Below, in pieces: positions 16,170-23,600 of a stretch of 45,661 bases of DNA. Under the pieces are notes generated by a model. That model saw only the letters and a program-made list of their open reading frames with translations. It was not told where the DNA came from and made no database searches. Source of the DNA: Acidobacteriota bacterium (GTDB taxonomy: Bacteria; Acidobacteriota; Vicinamibacteria; Vicinamibacterales; UBA8438). Position 1 is the stretch's first letter; every line of letters starts with the position of its first letter. A program made the translations under genes and the position numbers. Location: assembly GCA_026706755.1 (NCBI GenBank), contig JAPOYG010000485.1:1-45661 (forward strand), in the 5' to 3' direction.

Positions 16170-19154
16170 TTAGCGCTCCACTTGCCGCTCGCGCCGCGCC
16201 AGCTTCCGGCGGCCTCGCCGGTGCTCGATCGCCGGCGGGGTCCAGGTGCGGATCGCGTCGCGGGTCAGCGAGAGCGCCCGCGCTTCCTCGTCGATGAACC
16301 CCTCGAAGTAGTCGCCCATGCCGGTGCCGAACTCTGGATCGGGCGTTTTGTGGTACTGACGCACCCACGGCAGCAGCTCCAGCAGCGCAGTCAGCAGGGG
16401 CACCAGCCGCTCTGCCGTCCAGCCGTCCTGCTCGCGCACCTGCAGCAGATACGCGGCGACCGCCCGACTCTGCTGCAGCGCGTCCCAGCCCGCCCAGCCG
16501 ATCACGAGCGACAGGTCCACGTCGCGCTCGCAGCCCGGCAGGCTGACGAATCGTTCCTTGGGCACATCGAGCTTCCCCCGCAGGCGCCACCAGACCCCCT
16601 TGCGGAAGTCGGCAGACTTGTAGCGCGGCGGCACGGGGATCGCGCCAACCTCCGCCGCCTTCAACGCCGCGGCCGCTGCCGCGGTAAGGTGCTCCGGGGC
16701 CGATGCGGGCAGTTCGGCCCGCGCGTCGATGGCGTCCTCGCGGCGCTGAAGCTCCCATGTGCGCTCCCACGCCTCGCGCTTGCGAAGCCCCGACGGCTTG
16801 TAGCGCAGCACGGGAAGTAGCGGCACGCTCTCGTCCGCCACCAGACGCGCCACCAGATCCGCAACGTCGAAGTCGGGGCGGCCCGTGTACAGCTCCGCCA
16901 CCTGCAGGAACTCGTCGTCCTCTCGCATGCGGTCCGCCAGAGCCGCCACGGTCTTCAGCCTCGCCTCCGCCCAGAGCGCGGGGGCTTCCAGCCGCTCGAG
17001 CAGCCAACCCCGCAGCGCCCGCTCCTGCTCCACCTCCCACGGTTCGTCATTCCACCGGCGTTTGTACTCCGGCTGCTCGATCAGGGCGACGCTCGCGTTG
17101 CTCTCGATTGTCTCGATGCGCCGCTGGACCAGCGTCCGGTAGGCCGCCGGCCAATGCCGGGGGATCTCGGTAGTCGGCGTCGAGCCGTGTCGCTCGAACC
17201 ACCTCGTCTCGACCTCCCCTGCCGCCATCTTGCGCGCCAGCACGATCTCGAACGCCCGCTCGCCGAGCCGAATGGCTGGCACGTTGTCGGGGGTCATGCA
17301 CAGATCATCGCCGATGTCGCCGATCACCCTATAGAGCCCGTAGCAGCGCCAGTCCAGCTCTTCTTGCAGGGCGATCATGCGGTTGCGGAAGTCGCGGGCG
17401 CTGTCGCGTGCCATGCGCAGTGCGGTAGCTGAAGGCGTGCCATGATCGGCGAGTGATGCTGCGAGCGACTGAGTCCATTCCTTCGCGAGGGAGTCCAGGT
17501 CTCGGGCAATGTCAAGAGGCGCTTCGGTCGGCAACGGAAACCCCTTCAGCTTGGTTCCGTCGAACTCGTAGAACTGCTCCCACTCCTCCGTCGCCAAGCC
17601 GCCGCCGATTCCACCACCGCCCTTGTTGTGAAAGACCTGCTTCATCCAGAAGCACGCTGTGGAACTGTTGAGCAGGCCGAGTAGCCCGAGATGATCGTCT
17701 GTGGTCGCGTTGGCTGGAAGCTTGATCACAGGTGCCGATCGATTAAACACCCTTCCTCCACGATTCAGGACGAAATGGTTATGCGTTGCGACGAACGCGA
17801 ACGCAATCAAGAATCTGGACACAAGTCGCCCGCGGGCGAGATAGCGATACTCATGCCACTGCAAACCGGACTCTTCCGGTAGCTTGCCAAACATCAGTCG
17901 ATTCTTGAGATTTGTTCGAAGGCACCAGAAGAGTTGCCCCAATCGACCGATGGTCTCCAAGGTATGAGGCGGAACACCGAGTGATTCCTCGTCGTAGACC
18001 GATGCAACGACGGCGTCCGGAGTGACTTGCCAGTCCCGCACGCCATCCCCTACGCCGAACTCACGGGTAGGCACTGCATAGCGGCGCCAAAAGCACAAGG
18101 GCGCCACGAACGCCTCGTCTTCTCCAGTTATCGCCATGAAGCCGACTGATTCAGCGAAGGAACCGAGGTCCGCTTTGGCGGATCGCTCGACGCTCGCCTT
18201 GAGTGCCGCAGCTCCCCCGCCGCCGATGCTCCAGGGATGTGTGTAGAAGTACTCTCGGGGCAGGTCCGAGGCACTCACGAACTCGCTCCGGGACTCAGGG
18301 TGATCTATCTGCGCGATGATCGCCGACCAGACCAGCCCCTGCGCTGCGTCCCGCGGTAACGCCGGCTCGCCGCGGATTCCCATCACCGCCCGCACACTGT
18401 GGTCCAAGGGCGGGCGGTGCCGCCCGAACAGGATCACCGTGGGAGTCCCGTGGCCGGGGATGTACGCGCCGGACGTGTCCAGCACGTGGGTCAGGTCCCA
18501 TTTCGGCACGTGCTTCTCGATCAGCTTCCGGCCGAACTCGCGCTTCATGAACGAGTTGGCCGTGATCATCCCCACGAAGCCGGCCGGCTCCACCGAGCCG
18601 AATGCGGGCTCATGTGCGAGATCGAAGAAACGCTCCATGAACGGAACGGCCAGCGAGTACTTGCCGTGGCACGATCTGAAACGTGTCCGGTAACCCGCGT
18701 TGAGCGCCTTGTCCTTCGGCGTGATGTACGGTGGATTGCCGATCACGACGTGATAACGGCGGCCGAGGAGCGTGCGCAGCGCCTCCGCGTCCTCAGCGCG
18801 ATAGACGTGACCCAGCGGGTCGCGTTCCGGATCCAGGTACTCCTTGCGCGCGCCGCTCAGGTCAGGGGCCGGCCCGTGGAGCAGCGAGTCGCCCGCCGCC
18901 ACGTGCGGCGAGAACGCGGGCGCGTCGGCGAGGCCCCGGACGCCGGACGCACGGAGAGCGGCTACGCACAGTCGGAAGCGGGCGATTGTAGCGGCGTACG
19001 GATTCAGGTCGACGCCGGCCACCTGATCGAGGACACGGGTCGCGCGCTCGCGCGGATTCGTGCCCGGCTCATGCCGCGCCCACAGCGCGTCCAGCCGCCC
19101 GAAGGCGCCCAGCAGGAAGTGCCCCGATCCGCAGGCCGGATCGATCAGGCGCAC
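16170..19154 (-). CDS. pglX: PglX N6-adenine DNA methyltransferase, C-terminal 994-aa fragment (frameshifted gene)
   Basis: Begins inside motif I: '(V)RLIDPACGSGHFLLGAF'. Catalytic motif IV is 'VVIGNPPYITPKD'. A long specificity/C-terminal region follows. The frame is closed by TAG immediately upstream of 'EFGFREVRLIDP'. Confidence 0.9.
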   Translation of the reverse strand: MRLIDPACGSGHFLLGAFGRLDALWARHEPGTNPRERATRVLDQVAGVDLNPYAATIARFRLCVAALRASGVRGLADAPAFSPHVAAGDSLLHGPAPDLSGARKEYLDPERDPLGHVYRAEDAEALRTLLGRRYHVVIGNPPYITPKDKALNAGYRTRFRSCHGKYSLAVPFMERFFDLAHEPAFGSVEPAGFVGMITANSFMKREFGRKLIEKHVPKWDLTHVLDTSGAYIPGHGTPTVILFGRHRPPLDHSVRAVMGIRGEPALPRDAAQGLVWSAIIAQIDHPESRSEFVSASDLPREYFYTHPWSIGGGGAAALKASVERSAKADLGSFAESVGFMAITGEDEAFVAPLCFWRRYAVPTREFGVGDGVRDWQVTPDAVVASVYDEESLGVPPHTLETIGRLGQLFWCLRTNLKNRLMFGKLPEESGLQWHEYRYLARGRLVSRFLIAFAFVATHNHFVLNRGGRVFNRSAPVIKLPANATTDDHLGLLGLLNSSTACFWMKQVFHNKGGGGIGGGLATEEWEQFYEFDGTKLKGFPLPTEAPLDIARDLDSLAKEWTQSLAASLADHGTPSATALRMARDSARDFRNRMIALQEELDWRCYGLYRVIGDIGDDLCMTPDNVPAIRLGERAFEIVLARKMAAGEVETRWFERHGSTPTTEIPRHWPAAYRTLVQRRIETIESNASVALIEQPEYKRRWNDEPWEVEQERALRGWLLERLEAPALWAEARLKTVAALADRMREDDEFLQVAELYTGRPDFDVADLVARLVADESVPLLPVLRYKPSGLRKREAWERTWELQRREDAIDARAELPASAPEHLTAAAAAALKAAEVGAIPVPPRYKSADFRKGVWWRLRGKLDVPKERFVSLPGCERDVDLSLVIGWAGWDALQQSRAVAAYLLQVREQDGWTAERLVPLLTALLELLPWVRQYHKTPDPEFGTGMGDYFEGFIDEEARALSLTRDAIRTWTPPAIEHRRGRRKLARRERQVER

Positions 19155-19860
19155 TTCGCGGAAGCCGAACTCCTATGGCGGGGGTGAGCGTGCGGTCGAG
19201 GATGAGCTCTTCGACGAACACGGGCGTCTGGAGCAGCGCGTACTGCTTCCGGGCGCGCTCGGACAGGTCCTGGTACAGGTCGCCCAGGAAACGCGTGTCC
19301 CAGGCGGGATCCGTGAAGTCGTGGGCGAGGTAGCCCGAATCCGGGTCGATCCGCCGCCACAGGTCGAGCAGGCGGCCCGCAGCGTCGCCCGAGGGGGCAC
19401 GGAACCCCCTGCCCGACTGTTCGAGCGACCAGATGGGGTTGTGCTCCGCATCGAAGAGCTGCCCGGCGACCGGTAGCGCCGCCACCGCCCGGAAGACGTG
19501 CAGCAGGTAGTCGCGGTCGCTCCCGGTCGGGTGCGCCCGGAAGTACAGCGTGTGCTCGTCGAGAGCCCGCCCGCGCCGCTCGGCGGGCCCGGACAAGCGC
19601 GGCGGATCGACGAGTCCGTTGTCCTCCAGGAACCGCACGAAGACGCAGGCGAGGATCCAGGCCACGGCCACCTGCGTCAGGCGGTCGTCGCGCCAGACCG
19701 CGTACGGCAACGCGGTACGTTCCCCCTCGACCGCCTGCCGGTGCTCCTGCTGAAGGAAGGCGTCCAGCCCCGGTTCGTCCTCGCAGCGCTCACGCAGGTC
19801 GGCTTCGAGAGCGGCCCGCATTCGCACCAAGTCAGCGAGCAGCCGGCGGCTCTCAATCAT
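19069..19860 (-). pseudogene. pglX: PglX N-terminal fragment (263-codon ORF; the last ~33 codons are out of frame)
   Basis: ATG 19860 is preceded by SD GGAGG at -7. 'MIESRRLLADLVRMRAALEADL...DTRFLGDLYQDLSERARKQYALLQTPVFVEELILDRTLTPAI' is a PglX-type N-terminus. It then runs into non-homologous sequence after the frameshift near 19171-19177. The span 16170..19860 is 3691 nt, which is 3x1230+1. Confidence 0.85.
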
Positions 19861-20000
19861 GCCGCCGCCTCCGCATCGCCGGCTGGGCCCGGTATGGCGG
19901 CCGCCCTCGACTGCGGGCGCTTACCATCGAGTGCGACCAGCATCGCCCAGGGTCCGAATGGCCCGGGAGGACGTGCTCCCCGTGCAGGCCTCGATGCCGG

Positions 20001-20483
20001 TCACAACCGCAACAGGGGACGGTCCGGCGATTCGGGCCGCGGGCCGAGCATCCCCGTCACGCAGTCGGCCACCAGATCGAACTGCTCCATCACGACCTGA
20101 CCGACCAGCACGTCGGTGCCGGCCGGCAGGACGAGGCAATTGGCTGGCATTGATCGGTCGCCGATGCGGACGGTCAGAGGACCGGCGACCGGGCGCTCGC
20201 CCCGGCGGGCGTCGGCGTACGCGCAGGCGACGCCGCCAACGGCCTCGACGCCCAGCCGCGCCACGATGTCCTCGGGGAGCGCGAGCATCACCGCGGCGGT
20301 GTCGACGACCGCCTTCACGGTGGCGCGCCGGACGTCGGCCACCGGTAGCCGGCCCTGGCCAATTCCCGATCCCCGGTGTTCTCCAGCGCGACGTCGACAA
20401 GGATCTCGCCCACTACGGATGGCCCTCCGACCCCACTCTACTGCATCCACAGCGCTTCCCTCTGTCGACCGTCGGACGGGCAC
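20001..20483 (-). CDS. small retropepsin-like (clan AA aspartyl-protease fold) protein, start uncertain
   Basis: 'RRATVKAVVDTAAVMLALPEDIVARLGVEAVGGVACAYADARRGERPVAGPLTVRIGDRSMPANCLVLPAGTDVLVGQVVMEQFDLVADCVTGML' follows the bacterial Asp_protease_2 pattern (hh-D-T-G-A...LP...A..LG...LLG...L....D...G.L). The catalytic triad reads D-T-A, not D-T-G. GC3 is gene-like only from ~20342 (a GTG) downward; codons 1-47 have ~50% GC3. Confidence 0.45.
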   Translation of the reverse strand: MPVRRSTEGSAVDAVEWGRRAIRSGRDPCRRRAGEHRGSGIGQGRLPVADVRRATVKAVVDTAAVMLALPEDIVARLGVEAVGGVACAYADARRGERPVAGPLTVRIGDRSMPANCLVLPAGTDVLVGQVVMEQFDLVADCVTGMLGPRPESPDRPLLRL

Positions 20484-20514
20484 CCGTTCCCGGCCAAGCT
20501 ACGGCCGTACGGGC

Positions 20515-20620
20515 TGTCAAGAAACGCGTCGTAGGGAAGGTCTACATCGGTATAAGTCATTGGAATACAATTACTTGTTCCGCCAAGAAGCGTGTCAAGA
20601 AACGGGTCAGGGAACGCGTC
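20515..20620. promoter_or_regulatory. two direct repeats flanking an AT-rich spacer in the pglW-pglX intergenic region
   Basis: TGTCAAGAAACGcGTC (20515-20530) and TGTCAAGAAACGgGTC (20593-20608) match at 15 of 16 positions and are 78 nt apart. Each is followed by AGGGAA. Between them lies the AT-richest stretch of the locus ('ggtataagtcattggaatacaattacttgttcc'). The second repeat abuts the pglW stop (20619-20621). Confidence 0.25.
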
Positions 20621-23600
20621 ACGAACCGGCGGCGGCTCCGCGCGACGCGGCGAGCCACGACTCTGGGATCCGCGCCCACTGCGCGGCGGTGAAGACGGGC
20701 ACCGGCTGGCCGTCGATCAGGGGGCGAGATTCCTGCTCGTCGCACGGGACGAGCAGCCAAAGGCCCGGCGGGCCTCCGGGCCGGCCGGTCGCGTCCCGCA
20801 GCTCGTCGAGGAAGGGCATCTGCTCGTACCGGGCCAGCAGCCCCGAATTGGTCAGCAGCACGGGGCGCGGAGCCGCGTCCAGCTCCGCGCGCACGCGGGG
20901 CAGCGCCCGGTGTCCGACCAGGCGCAGCAGGTTGGCCCAGTCCGAGCTGCCGCGCGGGCCGCGATCGGCGCGCAGGACCACCTGCCAGTCGGCGCCGGCC
21001 TCCGCGGCGGCGGCCTTCATGTGGCGGATCAGGAGCTCGTCCAGGCTCCGCGCATCGACGGGGAACGTGGCCGCCAGCGCCCGCTCCGCTTCGACGAGCC
21101 GGCGCGCCGGCACGGTGAGGGCCAGGTACGCGCGGTTGTCCAGGACGCGGCGGAGGCGTTGCGCGAAGTCGTCGGACTCGCTCCAGTCCGCGGCGCCCAC
21201 GTCGGCGACCCGCGACGCCCGCCCCGTAGTGCGCGTGTAGCTCGTCTCCGAGGCGACGGTGACCAACGTGCGGAAGGGCGATTCGTAGGCGCCCCGCCCG
21301 CCACGGGCGGCCGTCTTCCAGACCAGCTCGCTGCCCGCGTCGCGGAGCAGCGTGTCAAGGGCCGGCCGATCCGGCAGGGGCGCCGCTTCCGGGTAGCGCC
21401 CGGCGACGCGACGGCGGATCTCGTCCGGCGTGAGCGTGCGCGCGCCGGCAAGCGCGCCGAGCGCGAGCTTGAGCACCCTATCCGCGGCCATGCCGCGTGG
21501 ATAGAGCTCCAGCCGGCTCGACAGCGCCGCGCCGCGCGAGACGGCCGCCGCCAGCACGGGTAGTCGCTTGGGCGCCGGCCGCGGCGCGCCGGCCGGGACG
21601 GCAACCGCTTTCAGCGCCTCAATCACCCGCGCCGGCGAAGGCAGCGGATCGGCACCGGCCAGACGATCCGCCGTGCGGCAGAGGCGCTCAGCGTAGTCGG
21701 CCAACCGCTGGCCGTCCACCCGCGGCGTGCCGTCGTCGTCGATGGCATCGCTCGCCAGCAGCGCGTAGACCGGCGCGGCGACACGGCGCACGATCCAGCG
21801 CGGTGCGGCGAGGCGGCTCTCGACCTCTACCGCCGCGCGCACGCAGGCGGCGGCGTGCCGGAAGCGGAGCGGCTGCTCCTGCACAGATCCGCGGTTGGCG
21901 AGCAGCGCCTCGGCTGCTTCGCGCAGCGTCATCACGTGGTTGTGCGTGTCGAGCATCTCCGCGACGTCGTGGCGCAGGCGGGTGAACCCCGGCAACCGGC
22001 TCCAGCGCCGCCGCGCCCGTGCCACCGCGTGACTGACCGCGACCGGGGTGACGCCCAGCGCGCGCGCCACGTCGCTCTGGCTCGGCCACTCGCCGGCCTG
22101 CCCGCCTTCTGCCAGTCGCAGCAGGGCCGCCAGGACGCCGGCGTCGCGCTTCGCCTCGGCCGAGCGGCCGGCGGGCACCAATTGCCGGCGCAGCTCGTCG
22201 ACGCTGGCGGGCGCCCCGTCGTCCCCGACCGTGACCGCGTCTCCCGCGGGGGTGGTCTTCGGTGCCTCGGCCGCCTCCGGGAACCGCGCCGCCAGCCGCC
22301 GGGCCAGCTCCGTCAGCTCTCGCCGCGTCCGGCTGCCGACTCCCCGCATCCGGTTCACGTGGACGAGCGGGAAGCGCAACAGGTCCTCCACCGTGCGGAC
22401 GTTCATCCGCTCGACCGCGCTCAGGCCGCGCGCGCTGAGGCCCAGCTCGCTGAGCAGCGTGTCGAGTCGCGCCTCGGCATCCGGGACGAGCAGGGGTGGC
22501 GGTCCTGGATCGCCGGTGGCGGTCTCGGGCCGCGCCGCGGCGAGGAAGATCCGGCGCCAGGCGCGCAGCATTTCCTGGGCGTTGTCGAAGCGCCGCCGGT
22601 AGTCCCGGCGCAGCGCCTTCGCGAAGAACCCCGCCAGATCCTCGCGCACCGCCGGCTCGAACGCGTCGGCGTCGATCGTCGCCTCGCAGTCGAGCACGGC
22701 CGGCTCGCTCCGTCCGTCGCCCCAGCGCGGGAGCGCACCGGACGCCAGTTGGTAGAGCGTCACCGCGGCGGCGTAGCGCTCGGCATAGGTGTCCCAGCGC
22801 GGCGGCGTGCGGGTCTGCAGGAAGGGATCGAGGTAATCGCGGGTGCCCGCCAGGACGTTCTCCGCGGGGGTGCGCGCCAGCGAGAAGTCGAACAGCACCA
22901 GGTGGAGCTGGCTGCCCACCTTCGCGGCGCCCAGGTTCTCGGGCTTGATGTCGCGGTGCGGAATGCCCTTCGTCTCGAGCCAGTCGATCGTCGCCAGGAG
23001 GTCCTCGCCGAAACGCTCCAGCAGCTCCAGGTGCAGCCGGCCTTCCTCGCGCAGGCGCTCAGCGAGCGTGGCGTCGCCGGCGCGCGCCATGAGCAGGCCC
23101 ACCCGGTCCCCGAAGCGCAGCCTGTCATGCAGCTCGACGATGTGCTGGTGGCGCAGCGAGTCGAGCACCTCGGCCTCCGCTTCGAGGCGGCCGTTGCTCT
23201 CGGGAGACAGGGCCACTTTGAGCACCTGCTCCCGCCCCTCGCGCTCGACGAGGAGCGCCAGGGCCGTCGCGCCCTTGCCGAGTCGCCGCTTGACGACGAG
23301 TCCGTGCTCCAGCATGTCGTTCTGACGCGCGTCGAGCGGATCGGGCCGGGAGACCACCTCCGGCCGGGTGATCTCATCCTCGAAGCGTTCGAGCTCCTCC
23401 AGGAACTCGCGGACCGATTCCAGGCGTGCCGTCACTTCGGGGTAGGTCGCGTGCTGTACGAGGAGTTGCAGTTGCTCGCCGGCGCCGTCGAGAGCGGCCG
23501 AGACCTGCAGGCCCTGCTCCCGCCGCAGCCTTTCCGTCATCTCGAACAGGCTGGACGCGGGTGGCCGCCCCGTGAAGAGGTGATACGCGATGGCGCCGAG

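Noticed and set aside
16132-17040. N-terminal 303 aa of track ORF 14062..17040
   Set aside because: This part overlaps the 3' end of pglX in another frame and is Gly/Ala/Arg junk. The recognisable Gp37/Gp68 N-terminus begins exactly at ATG 16131, downstream of the pglX stop.
19165-19190. Programmed ribosomal frameshift or homopolymer (C5/G5) slippage as the explanation for the split pglX
   Set aside because: The shift site ATA-G-GAG has no slippery P-site pairing in the +1 frame and no zero-frame stop as in prfB-type sites. Adding or removing a base in the nearby C5 run leads to stops in both cases. A simple 1-nt indel or a sequencing error fits better.
20343-20483. The first 47 codons of the retropepsin-like ORF as confidently coding
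   Set aside because: Third-position G/C is only ~50% here against >85% downstream, and the residues are not recognisably part of the fold. They are kept only as a possible N-terminal extension, because the next start (GTG 20342) looks too close to the catalytic Asp.
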